Positions 30,346-39,681 of a stretch of 64,000 nt of DNA are shown in pieces. Both the position numbers and the translations under genes were made by a program. A model generated the notes under the pieces. It saw nothing but the letters and a program-made list of their open reading frames with translations, did no database searches and was not told where the DNA came from. Location: the IMG/VR virus record IMGVR_UViG_3300009158_000031, positions 62,001-126,000 of that record. One strand, given 5' to 3'. Within the stretch, counting starts at the first letter, position 1; the number at the start of each line of letters is the position of its first letter.

Positions 30346-31230
30346 TTGTCTCAATACGATCTTCATTTTAATAAAGATGACGTTTATTTTAGAAACGTCA
30401 TGGTTGGGTTGCTAGCGACTCTTTATGATTCCATCAAATGGTATAATCAGACCGGAAGGGGTGTTAGCGATAAAAGAGAAATTAAAGTTCCTTTTTATTT
30501 TAGTACAACCGGTACTGAACGTTACTTACAAGATAACTTCCTAAATAATATAGATTTTGATCCTCAATTATTAGAGGCAGAATCATTCTATAACAAGATT
30601 CCTAGAGGAATATGTGACTTTTCTGGAATTTCTATTGAAACTTCGGCTATCGTTAATAAGTTTGTTCGTATGAATAGACTTAAACAAGAAGAGGATGGTA
30701 CTCTTAATACCTATAATTACGAAACCTATATGGTTCCCATGATTATGAATGTAGATTGCACAATCTATTTGGATTCTATTTTAGATCAATTGAAATGTTC
30801 AGAGGCTATTATCAAAACTTTCTATAAGAATAAAGTTTATCAAGTGGATATTGGTTATACTAGAATACCATGTCTAATTATGTTCCCAGATGATCTTGCC
30901 AATGAAAGAACCGTAGAATTCACATTCAATGATAAGAAAGAATTCAAGGTAACTTTTTCTCTTCAAATTAAGAGTCATTTACCGATATTTAGACCAGAAA
31001 CCGAGATTTTTGCTGGAAATACTATGCAAGGATTCATTTCATCTACAGTAGCTCCTCCTTTTACTTTAGGACCTACCGGAATAATTGGAAATACTGGAGC
31101 TAGTGGATCGTCAACAACCGATCCAAATTACAACGCAACCACTGTTACGCAAATAAATAGTGCAATCCCATCAGCGGATCCTGTGCCTTGGCCAAAATCA
31201 ACTGATCCCCAAGGACCTATTAATGCATAA
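30346..31230 (+). CDS. 15: tail terminator/sheath stabilizer (gp15-like)
   Basis: YFRNVMVGLL..IKVPFYF..IPRG..VPMIMNV..QLKCSEAIIKTF; TTG start after AATATATA. Confidence 0.65.
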   Translation: MSQYDLHFNKDDVYFRNVMVGLLATLYDSIKWYNQTGRGVSDKREIKVPFYFSTTGTERYLQDNFLNNIDFDPQLLEAESFYNKIPRGICDFSGISIETSAIVNKFVRMNRLKQEEDGTLNTYNYETYMVPMIMNVDCTIYLDSILDQLKCSEAIIKTFYKNKVYQVDIGYTRIPCLIMFPDDLANERTVEFTFNDKKEFKVTFSLQIKSHLPIFRPETEIFAGNTMQGFISSTVAPPFTLGPTGIIGNTGASGSSTTDPNYNATTVTQINSAIPSADPVPWPKSTDPQGPINA

Positions 31231-31263
31231 AAACAAAGATATATAATAAAATCAAGAAGTGAC

Positions 31264-32016
31264 ATGAGTATCAAATCTTACGACGAATTTGTAAACGAAC
31301 ATTTAATAGGAGCTTACTCTTATTACGGACAAGGGTCATTATACCCTATTGTAAAAAAATTAGCTGAAGAAGGAAAAACCCCTCAACAAGTTTATACCTA
31401 CCTTACAACTTTAGGAATTGACGAAGAACGCAAACAACGTGTTCTTGGTCAAGTATTTGAAAGAGTGAATGAAGGTTTATTTGAAGATGATGACATCCTT
31501 AAGGCTGATACATCTGACCTTACTAAAGGAATTCCACCATCAAAAGCTAAACCCGATGAAGATGTTAAAGATGCCTTAGATAAATTGAAAAAGGGAGATA
31601 GTGACGATATGGAAGATAAAGCAGAAGATGGTGAAACTAAAACTGACGATGATGATGCTTCCGCTAAAGTTGCTGCATTACAATCTGCTCTTAAAGATGC
31701 AGAAAAGCTAGAAAAAATCAAGAAAATCCTTGGAGAATCTATGGAAATGGAAATTGAAGGAATCGAAGATGAAGTATTAGTTGACGTTTTAGATTATCAT
31801 TTAGATGAAAAACTCGATCCTAAAGTTAGAGCTAAATTGAAAGACGACGATTTCGTATTTCCAGTTAAAAGATCATGGCCTATACATGACGAAAAACATG
31901 GTAAAACTGCATTAGTTTGGGCAACTTGGCCACAATATAAAGATCTTAAAAATGATATCGTTAAAGCCGTTATCAAAAAATATCCTAACCTTAAAGGTGT
32001 AGGTGCTGCAAAGTAA
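31264..32016 (+). CDS. putative internal head protein with C-terminal DUF6582-like domain
   Basis: MSIKSYDEFVNE; RAKLKDDDFVFP..RSWPIHDEKH. Confidence 0.6.
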   Translation: MSIKSYDEFVNEHLIGAYSYYGQGSLYPIVKKLAEEGKTPQQVYTYLTTLGIDEERKQRVLGQVFERVNEGLFEDDDILKADTSDLTKGIPPSKAKPDEDVKDALDKLKKGDSDDMEDKAEDGETKTDDDDASAKVAALQSALKDAEKLEKIKKILGESMEMEIEGIEDEVLVDVLDYHLDEKLDPKVRAKLKDDDFVFPVKRSWPIHDEKHGKTALVWATWPQYKDLKNDIVKAVIKKYPNLKGVGAAK

Positions 32017-32044
32017 AATCATTAAAACAAAAAAACATATAAAC

Positions 32045-33451
32045 ATGTCAAAATTAAAAACCGCTTTCGAATCTGCTTCTTTGAAAGATAGAGTTTCAAC
32101 TCTACTTGAGAGTATTGATAGAAACAACACATCTAAATTTATTGCTGAACGTATTCTTTCTAGATTCGCTACAGTAGAAGTTTCTGAAGGAACTACAACT
32201 GCAACTGATGCATACACATACCTAATGGGTAAAGGTGTTGAACAAGCAAAAGCAAAAAGTGTTGCTAATGCTGCTATCAACGAATCAACTTCACGGGTTG
32301 CTAATCCTTACTTAATTGAAAAGGTAAATATCATGAGAACCGCAGTTAAAGAATTATCTGCTTATTCTTGGATGCCAGTTATTAACGATTACATCAAAGA
32401 ATGTAATAACATCCTTGCTGAAAATGAATTTGCTATCTTAGTTGAATCTGTTATTTTTGATCTTGAAAATCACAGAGAATCTAAATTCTATATGAATGCA
32501 ATTAATAAACTTCGTGAATGTTCAAATGCAGAAAATCCAGTATTTGCCATATCTGAAGATCTTACATCAGAAAAATGGATTCCTCTAGTTAAACAATTAG
32601 TTGAATTTGCTGAAAAATCTAAAGGATCTCTTTCAGAAAGCGATAGTAACTACAAAGTTTCTAAAGTTTATTCTCCAGTTATCATTAACGAAGAAGAAAA
32701 ATCTTATACATTCTATTCTAACGGAAAAATGTTAACGATTAAAGGTGAAGAAATCACTGAATCTACAATTACTCCTGATGAAAAATTTAAAGGATTACTT
32801 AACTTAATGGAATCATCTACTATCGTTAAAAACGGTATGAGATTCTATCCTAAGGCTGGATCTATTTTAGATGTTACCTTCGAAGCAGATGGTACTAAAA
32901 TTACAGTTGATGGTAAATTGGTTGAAGCTGCTAATCTAGAAACACATTTACTTAAAACTGGTCTTTTCAAATTCAACGAAATCAATAAAGTTAATGTTAT
33001 CAATCGTGCAATTGCCGAAGGTGCAGAAATTAAAGATATGGATTTCGCTTACCGAGTTGAATCTAAAAAATTCCGTGGAGTATCTACAACTGTATTTACT
33101 ATTGCAGAAAATATCTACATTCAAAAGGTTAATCCTGCAATGAATGTTAATGAATTTGTTAAAGCTGAAACTGCTGAAGCCGCCGTATCAATCGTTAAAG
33201 AATTTATGAATTATGATATTACTAATTCTTTGACTAAATTGATTGAAGCTGAAGAAGTTACTAAAGCTAAAATTGCTGATGAAAACTCTAAAATTGAAAG
33301 AAAAATTCAATTCTTACAAGAGAAATTAGAAGAACTTAACAGAATCGAGAAATTATCCGTTTACGATATTGAGCATATAAATAAAGCGAAAGCTATAGTA
33401 GAGAGTGAAATTAACACTCAATCCGAAGAGCTTACAAAAAAAAACTCTTAA
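32045..33451 (+). CDS. hypothetical (probably virion/prohead) protein ending in an A9 slippery run
   Basis: About 468 aa with a coiled-coil C-terminus; ends ACA AAA AAA AAC TCT TAA. Confidence 0.7.
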   Translation: MSKLKTAFESASLKDRVSTLLESIDRNNTSKFIAERILSRFATVEVSEGTTTATDAYTYLMGKGVEQAKAKSVANAAINESTSRVANPYLIEKVNIMRTAVKELSAYSWMPVINDYIKECNNILAENEFAILVESVIFDLENHRESKFYMNAINKLRECSNAENPVFAISEDLTSEKWIPLVKQLVEFAEKSKGSLSESDSNYKVSKVYSPVIINEEEKSYTFYSNGKMLTIKGEEITESTITPDEKFKGLLNLMESSTIVKNGMRFYPKAGSILDVTFEADGTKITVDGKLVEAANLETHLLKTGLFKFNEINKVNVINRAIAEGAEIKDMDFAYRVESKKFRGVSTTVFTIAENIYIQKVNPAMNVNEFVKAETAEAAVSIVKEFMNYDITNSLTKLIEAEEVTKAKIADENSKIERKIQFLQEKLEELNRIEKLSVYDIEHINKAKAIVESEINTQSEELTKKNS

Positions 33452-33639
33452 TTGAAGCAAGTGACGATTATGTCGTTGCTACTTTAGCTGAACCCTTTAA
33501 AGGTTTGGCAAAAGGTGATTCAGTAAAGATGGACGCTTTAGATTTTACCAAAAGAGGAGATGATGATATGGTTGATATTATTATGCCTGATGGAAGTAAA
33601 GCTCAAGCGAAAAAAAGAATACTTTTCGCTAAAATTTAA
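33436..33639 (+). CDS. -1 frame extension of 32045..33451 (KKKLLIEASDDYVV...LFAKI)
   Basis: A 64-codon protein-like open frame starts at the A9 run with no start codon of its own and fills the gap to 33643. Confidence 0.6.
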   Translation, partial: KKKLLIEASDDYVVATLAEPFKGLAKGDSVKMDALDFTKRGDDDMVDIIMPDGSKAQAKKRILFAKI

Positions 33640-33642
33640 AAA

Positions 33643-33999
33643 ATGGCAATATACGTAAAACCAAAAGAACTATACGAAGAAATTTGTATATCACTAGAGC
33701 AAAAGAAACTAACTCCAAAGGCGGAGAAGATGCTCATATTAATAGCTGAACGAGCTAATCAAAAGCTAAGATATGAAAATCCAATGGACCGAGAGGATTG
33801 TATCGCTTTTGCTCTTTTGGATTTGTTCAAGTACTGGGATCGATTCAAACCAGAAAAAACTAAAAACGCATTTGCATTCTATACACAAGTTGCAAAGAAT
33901 GCATATGCTAAAGGATGGAATAAACTACATCCAGGTAAATACAAAGGAACTTTATCACTTGATGGTGGTATGGATCGCGAAGGTATCTACTCAATATAA
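33643..33999 (+). CDS. 55: late-transcription sigma factor, gp55-like, very short
   Basis: YVKPKEL..REDCI..FKPEKTKNAFAFYTQ matches the gp55 region-2 pattern (F.PEKS.N.FAYFTQ). Confidence 0.75.
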   Translation: MAIYVKPKELYEEICISLEQKKLTPKAEKMLILIAERANQKLRYENPMDREDCIAFALLDLFKYWDRFKPEKTKNAFAFYTQVAKNAYAKGWNKLHPGKYKGTLSLDGGMDREGIYSI

Positions 34000-34007
34000 A
34001 ATATAAT

Positions 34008-34286
34008 ATGAGCACTATTAAAACATTTTCGGAATTCATTAATGAAGCTGCAAGAAGCAATGAAGCTCTTAAGTATGTAACTTCTAAATACAAAGATCAA
34101 CGAATTAATTCAGTTACATTTAATGAAGTTCTAGTTCCTTTAGCTAATCACCTAGATGATTATGCTGATAGAGAAATGGGTGATTTAGAGTATTCGAAGA
34201 AAACATTTGCTGCTTTTAAAGCTCTAGTAGATTTAATGGTCGTGGATCAAATCGAATCAGACAAATATCATCGAGGGGAAATATAA
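34008..34286 (+). CDS. putative internal head protein
   Basis: MSTIKTFSEFINE start. Confidence 0.6.
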   Translation: MSTIKTFSEFINEAARSNEALKYVTSKYKDQRINSVTFNEVLVPLANHLDDYADREMGDLEYSKKTFAAFKALVDLMVVDQIESDKYHRGEI

Positions 34287-34295
34287 AATAATTGA

Positions 34296-34691
34296 ATGTA
34301 CGCAATTAAAACCTTTTCAGAATTCGTTAATGAAGGTAAAACTTCAGGATTTAATAGAACTTATACTATGGGTTCTACTTGGTGGGCTTTATGGAAAATT
34401 GAAAACAAAGAAGATTATACTATAAAACAAGATTCTTTTACTAAAACTTTCGAAGTGTATACTAAAGATAAAGAACCTAAATTATCTTTCGTTTTTGATT
34501 ATGGTCGTAATGTAGTTTTCACCAATGATTCACCTAAACAATTTGAGTTAAAAAGAGTTGATCCTAAAGCAAAAGCTAAAGCCGAAGAAACCGATGCCGA
34601 AACTGGTAAAAAAGAAGTTCTTCCTGGTGGAACTCCAAAAGAGGAAGAAGCAGAAGGTGAATTAGAAACCGATAAAACAGAAGAAGAATAA
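34296..34691 (+). CDS. putative internal head protein
   Basis: MYAIKTFSEFVNE start; acidic tail. Confidence 0.6.
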   Translation: MYAIKTFSEFVNEGKTSGFNRTYTMGSTWWALWKIENKEDYTIKQDSFTKTFEVYTKDKEPKLSFVFDYGRNVVFTNDSPKQFELKRVDPKAKAKAEETDAETGKKEVLPGGTPKEEEAEGELETDKTEEE

Positions 34692-34707
34692 AAAATATAT
34701 AATAACA

Positions 34708-35574
34708 ATGAATCATTTACCAACATACTCGGATTTTATTCTAGGTCCTCCAATTGCATTTGATGGAACCAACTTAAAAGTTGGTCAAAGCATTGTAGCT
34801 GCTGATGGTTACTCGGGTATTATAATTTCAAGAGAAATGGTTAATGGACGAATAATGTTCAGGGATCATTTAGGAGTACATCATTTAGTTGAATCGCATA
34901 ATGTAGTTATCGATGAAGCCATTAATGAAGATCTTCAATGGTGGGAAGTTACCAAAGGTATACTTGCTGCTGATGCAATTAAAACAGGAATGGCTATTGC
35001 CGGTGGTGGTCTTGCTATTGCCGCAGTAATTTTCTCTCAATGGTTTGCCGGTATCTCTCAGAAAATGATTGCCGCTAGAAAAGATGCTAAATTGAAAGCT
35101 TCGGCTGGAGCAATCGCTACTAAATTTAACGATGATCCAGAATTAAATGGATTTATGACTAAACTTCAACAATTCCCTTATATGAAGCCTCTTATGGCAG
35201 GTAAAAGAGAAACTGTTAAAGTTGCTGCCAATAATAAAGAAAGATCTAAGATCTTAAGAGAAATGGCTAAATATGTAAAATCTAAGCTAACTCCAGAAGA
35301 AATGGAATTCTTTATAGAAGTTAATAAGATGCTTAAAACCAAACCATTAGAAACTAATGATGGTCAAAAAGTTGAAGAAGATTTGCAACAAATGGCCGAT
35401 GCTGTTTTAGATCCATCAAATTCTAATGCAGAATCTTCTATTAATAAAGATCCAAATAGAACTGTTGGTACAGGAACTTATACCTCTACTGCATCAGATC
35501 TAAATGTGAAAACTAAAGGTATATACAAAACTAATGATCCTGCATCTGGTGGTTGGAATCCAATTATGACTTAA
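34708..35574 (+). CDS. hypothetical protein with central hydrophobic helix
   Basis: MNHLPTYSDF start; INE site; GMAIAGGGLAIAAVIF. Confidence 0.6.
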   Translation: MNHLPTYSDFILGPPIAFDGTNLKVGQSIVAADGYSGIIISREMVNGRIMFRDHLGVHHLVESHNVVIDEAINEDLQWWEVTKGILAADAIKTGMAIAGGGLAIAAVIFSQWFAGISQKMIAARKDAKLKASAGAIATKFNDDPELNGFMTKLQQFPYMKPLMAGKRETVKVAANNKERSKILREMAKYVKSKLTPEEMEFFIEVNKMLKTKPLETNDGQKVEEDLQQMADAVLDPSNSNAESSINKDPNRTVGTGTYTSTASDLNVKTKGIYKTNDPASGGWNPIMT

Positions 35575-35628
35575 TTAGGCATATAACTATATGTCATAGA
35601 TAAATATAAAAAACAAAATAATACAAAT

Positions 35629-35931
35629 ATGAAAAATTTAATGTCTTTCGACGAATTCGTAGTTAATGAAGCTGGTAAATACGATGCTTCAGGATTTAAT
35701 CCGGCAGCAGAAGCTACTAGCGATGAATTCAATCAAGAATTAACTCCAGGAAAAAAATACAATGTTAAAAAAGGAGAAGAAACTTCTCTTTGCATTTATC
35801 AAGGTAATACTGACGGAGTTTATATCTTCAACCCAGAAGCTAAAGAAGATGGTATAACTACTTCTCCATGTGAATTTACTGAAGCTGAATATGCTGCTGC
35901 ATTTAAAGCTGGTGAAATCGTTGCTGCTTAA
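35629..35931 (+). CDS. putative internal head protein, single copy of a small beta domain
   Basis: MKNLMSFDEFVVNE; LTPGKKY..IYQG..DGVYIFN. Confidence 0.65.
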   Translation: MKNLMSFDEFVVNEAGKYDASGFNPAAEATSDEFNQELTPGKKYNVKKGEETSLCIYQGNTDGVYIFNPEAKEDGITTSPCEFTEAEYAAAFKAGEIVAA

Positions 35932-35952
35932 TTAAAAACTTAAAAATTCTAT

Positions 35953-36738
35953 ATGAAGAATCTAAAAACATTTTCTGAATTCGTATCAGAAGCCGCTGAA
36001 TTTAATCCAGCTAATACATCTGATATAGATGTTCTATTGCCTGCAATTAAATCTGCATCAGAGCTAATGCCTGGTAAAGAATACGTCATTAAATTAGATG
36101 GTAAAACTCATTCGAATATGATGTATCAAGGAGTAAGTGATGGTAGTTATATCTTCAATTCCGAAGATATGGAAACTGTGCTTAATCTTAAGGATGACCA
36201 AATTAATAGTGCTGTTTCTGATGGTGGTGTTCAACCAGTAAATGAAGCAGTTAAAAGAACTGCAGATCAAGTAAATAAAGATGCAGAAGATCGAATCAAA
36301 AATCAAATTGCTCGTTATTCAGAAATGATGAAATCTAAACCAGAAAAAGCTAATGTTTATAAAGCTCAATTGGATTTAGCTCATGCTAAAATGACGGTTG
36401 TTAATTTGAAGAAAAAGGTTGATGCTCTAAGAGAATCTACCGAATTAGATGAATCTAAACTTTATAAAGGAAAAGAAGTTTTACCTGATTATATTGATCC
36501 ACGAAGAGATTTTGGTGCTCCTGTTAAAAACAGTAAAGAGTTAAAAGTTGGTGCTGAATATGTTATATATGAGCCTGGAATGGATAACTGGCAAGCAGAA
36601 AACATTTATCAAGGTTACACTGGTGGAATTCATATATTCAATTCATCTACACAATTTGGTGAAGCGGAACCTCTAGAATTAACTGACAAAGAATTAGAAT
36701 CAGCTATTAAAGATGGCGAAATTATTAAACAAAACTAA
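35953..36738 (+). CDS. putative internal head polyprotein with two copies of the same small domain
   Basis: MKNLKTFSEFVSE; L.PG.EY..YQG...G..IFN twice, separated by VNEA and LDES sites. Confidence 0.65.
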   Translation: MKNLKTFSEFVSEAAEFNPANTSDIDVLLPAIKSASELMPGKEYVIKLDGKTHSNMMYQGVSDGSYIFNSEDMETVLNLKDDQINSAVSDGGVQPVNEAVKRTADQVNKDAEDRIKNQIARYSEMMKSKPEKANVYKAQLDLAHAKMTVVNLKKKVDALRESTELDESKLYKGKEVLPDYIDPRRDFGAPVKNSKELKVGAEYVIYEPGMDNWQAENIYQGYTGGIHIFNSSTQFGEAEPLELTDKELESAIKDGEIIKQN

Positions 36739-36752
36739 TAATTTCAACATGT

Positions 36753-37235
36753 ATGCGCTCAATAAAAGGAAACAAACCAACTAAGAAATCAGGTTTCGTT
36801 CAAGGATATTTCCCTATCCAAGAGTGCAAGAAATACTTCGGTAATGGACCAATCATTTACCGTTCATCATGGGAAAAGAAATTTTGCTTATATTGCGAAA
36901 GGAATCCGGAGATCATTCAGTGGTCTTCGGAATCGCTTTCTATTAAATACTTCAATCCTTTAGACGAGAAATATCATACATATTTCCCTGATTTTTTGGT
37001 AAAAACTTCTAATGAAAGAACCATTATAGTTGAAGTTAAACCCAAGGCTCAATTAACGAAGCCAAATCCTCCAAAACGTAAAACTCCCAAACAACTAGAA
37101 AGTTATAAATGGGCATATTCAGCTTTTGTTACTAATATGTGCAAAAAGAAATATGCCGAAGAGTATGCTAAAAATAGAGGTTGGGAATATATGTTAGTCA
37201 CTGAAGATTTTTTTACCAAAACCCTTAATTCATGA
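36753..37235 (+). CDS. 4: head completion nuclease (gp4, TnsA-like PD-(D/E)XK)
   Basis: YRSSWEKKF, WSSE, YFPDF, IVEVKPKAQ. Confidence 0.9.
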   Translation: MRSIKGNKPTKKSGFVQGYFPIQECKKYFGNGPIIYRSSWEKKFCLYCERNPEIIQWSSESLSIKYFNPLDEKYHTYFPDFLVKTSNERTIIVEVKPKAQLTKPNPPKRKTPKQLESYKWAYSAFVTNMCKKKYAEEYAKNRGWEYMLVTEDFFTKTLNS

Positions 37236-37963
37236 AAGGGCTATTAGATCTTTTTGGAATGCTTTTGGACCTTATTAAAGTCCAAGCTAATACAAATCCT
37301 GAAACTCCTCAATCTGAAGGCGTCGATGATGCGTATCAATGGTTCATTGACACACTCAAAGATACTCGAAATAAAAGAGTAGTTGAAACTGGTGATAATA
37401 AACTTAAGCCTGGTAAAATATACGTTTTTAAATACGATCCAAAATATAAGACCGTTCTAGATTATTATGATATGCATCCTATTGTTATTGCATTAGGTCA
37501 AGTTATGACAGAGAATGGAAAGTTAGAAGTTGGTATCAATATTAGTTGGTATCCTCCAAAAGCTAGAAAATATATTGTTGGTAAAATTAGAGAAATGTAT
37601 AAACCTCTATATGAAGCCGCATCAAAGAAGAATCCATTTGATGGACAAGAACAAGCATTCGTACCTATTGATTTGTATGCTCTTAAAGTTGCTCTAGATA
37701 GAGCCGGTTTATCATATGCCGTAAGAACTTATATTCCAGATAGAATAAAATCACCTAAAGCAATTGTTTGTTATGAAGATTGGGAAATTGTTTCTAGAAT
37801 GGATAAGCCTAAGATTTTTCCACAATTAGAAGGGAAAGTTTCGTTGTTCGATGTATATAAAGGATTTGAACTTTATCTTAGATCTCAAATGAGTAATGGT
37901 GCCGCAAACGCTAAGAAACGAGAGATGGCGAAAAAACTAAATAGATATAAATTCATAAAATAA
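37232..37963 (+). CDS. 2: DNA end protector (gp2-like)
   Basis: PGKIYVFKYDPK..YYDMHPIV..GINISWYPP..VRTY; adjacent to gp4. Confidence 0.75.
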   Translation: MKGLLDLFGMLLDLIKVQANTNPETPQSEGVDDAYQWFIDTLKDTRNKRVVETGDNKLKPGKIYVFKYDPKYKTVLDYYDMHPIVIALGQVMTENGKLEVGINISWYPPKARKYIVGKIREMYKPLYEAASKKNPFDGQEQAFVPIDLYALKVALDRAGLSYAVRTYIPDRIKSPKAIVCYEDWEIVSRMDKPKIFPQLEGKVSLFDVYKGFELYLRSQMSNGAANAKKREMAKKLNRYKFIK

Positions 37964-38026
37964 GTAATTGAAGTCATTATGGCTCGATCACAACGAATAA
38001 ATAATAAAATACTAAAATAAACTAAT

Positions 38027-39640
38027 ATGGCAGGCTTTGTAAATAGAGAGGAAACCTACGCTGGTAGACCATCCGCATCTTCGAGAAATGTCGTTTCTAA
38101 AGCTCTTAAGTCGTTATCATCTTTCGGGATGATATACGATGATATGGTTCTTAGAAACTCAAAAGCCATAGGTATCAATGAAGACCGTTTCGGTTGGAGA
38201 TTAGATCCAAGAAATGCAGCCGGTGGTGAATATGACGATTATGCTCTATTTGCCAACCTTTCAATGACGGATATTAATCTCCGTAAAAGTATTTCTATTT
38301 TTGACAAATCTTATATTAAAAAGAGAGAGGATCTTAGAAAATTCTCTATTCAAGATGAAATTGAAGAGATTCTCGATACCCTATGTGACGAATGTGTCGT
38401 CTATGACGAAAAAAATTACTTCTGTACACCATTAACTTTTGATGATCAGACACTTGAACCGGAAACACTAGAAGCCGTTAAGTATGCATTAGATACAAAC
38501 TTTAAAAGAGTTTATCAATACTTTGGTTTCAATAACGATATTTCTGCTTGGTCTTATTTTCGTAAATGGTTAATTGATGGATATCTCGCATTTGAGATTA
38601 TCTACAATAAAGAACAAACTAGAATTATCGGTTTCAAAGAACTTGATCCAGTATCTTTAGAACCAGGTCTTGATAAAGAGGGTAAGAAAATTTGGAAACA
38701 ATTTAAAGCTCAACCTGGTAAAGAAAGAGTTATATATGATTCTCAACTAATTTATCTTTCATATGCACATGCCAATACCGTAAGTCGTGTTTCTTACGTA
38801 GAACGTCTTATTCGTGCATTTAACTTGCTTCGTATCATGGAGCATTCAAGAGTTATTTGGGCTACGGTAAATGCCTCATTCAAAACTAAATTTGTAATTC
38901 CGGTTGGTGGTAAATCCAAAACTAGAGCTCGTCAAAGCTTAGGTGTTTTGATGCAAAATTATCGTGAGAATATTGATTTTGATACAGAATCAGGAGAACT
39001 TAAAGTTAACGGTAAACCAATGATGCCTTTCAATAAAGAGTATTGGTTACCATCCGGTGAAGCTGGAGAACCTACTATCGAGAATATTGGTAATGATGGT
39101 CCAGATTTATCAGATACAGATGCTCTTAAATATTTCCGAGAAAAACTAATTAAAGTATCTAAAATTCCTCTTTCTCGTTTTGATATGGAATCACCTCCAT
39201 CATGGGAAATGAATGCTGAAGGTATGACAAGAGATGAAATTAAATTTGGTCGTTTTGTTAATCGTATGCGTTCAGTTTATCAAGAGATTCTTGTTAAACC
39301 ATTATGGATTCAAATGTGTTTAGACTTTCCAGAACTTAAAGAAGATGATGCTTTTAAAGCTCAAATTGGAATTAAGTTTAACAAATATAACATCTTTGAA
39401 GAAATGAAAGAAATTGAAATCCTTCAAAAACGTCTAGATTTTGTTACTTCAATGAAAGATGGTCTTGTTGAACAAGATGCTAATATGAACGAAATCAAGT
39501 ATTTTGCATCAGAATTCTTAATTCAACGTTTCTTAGGTTTATCATCAGATGATATCCGAACTAATAAGAAAATGAAAGAAATTGAAGATGAAGAAAAAAT
39601 TGCTTCTGCTAAGAAAGCTGCTGAAGCAACTGGAATGTAA
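38027..39640 (+). CDS. 20: portal protein (gp20)
   Basis: FRKWLIDG, RAFNLLRIMEH, EYWLP, YFREKL..SKIPLSRF, ITRDE-like MTRDEIKF. Confidence 0.95.
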   Translation: MAGFVNREETYAGRPSASSRNVVSKALKSLSSFGMIYDDMVLRNSKAIGINEDRFGWRLDPRNAAGGEYDDYALFANLSMTDINLRKSISIFDKSYIKKREDLRKFSIQDEIEEILDTLCDECVVYDEKNYFCTPLTFDDQTLEPETLEAVKYALDTNFKRVYQYFGFNNDISAWSYFRKWLIDGYLAFEIIYNKEQTRIIGFKELDPVSLEPGLDKEGKKIWKQFKAQPGKERVIYDSQLIYLSYAHANTVSRVSYVERLIRAFNLLRIMEHSRVIWATVNASFKTKFVIPVGGKSKTRARQSLGVLMQNYRENIDFDTESGELKVNGKPMMPFNKEYWLPSGEAGEPTIENIGNDGPDLSDTDALKYFREKLIKVSKIPLSRFDMESPPSWEMNAEGMTRDEIKFGRFVNRMRSVYQEILVKPLWIQMCLDFPELKEDDAFKAQIGIKFNKYNIFEEMKEIEILQKRLDFVTSMKDGLVEQDANMNEIKYFASEFLIQRFLGLSSDDIRTNKKMKEIEDEEKIASAKKAAEATGM

Positions 39641-39681
39641 TCATAATAAACCTAGATATATAAAAAAATCAACTAAGTAAA

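Noticed and set aside
36753-37235. TnsA-like transposase or Tn7 element
   Set aside because: The gene sits next to gp2 and the portal, as the T4 head completion nuclease gp4 does; no TnsB/C or transposon ends are present.
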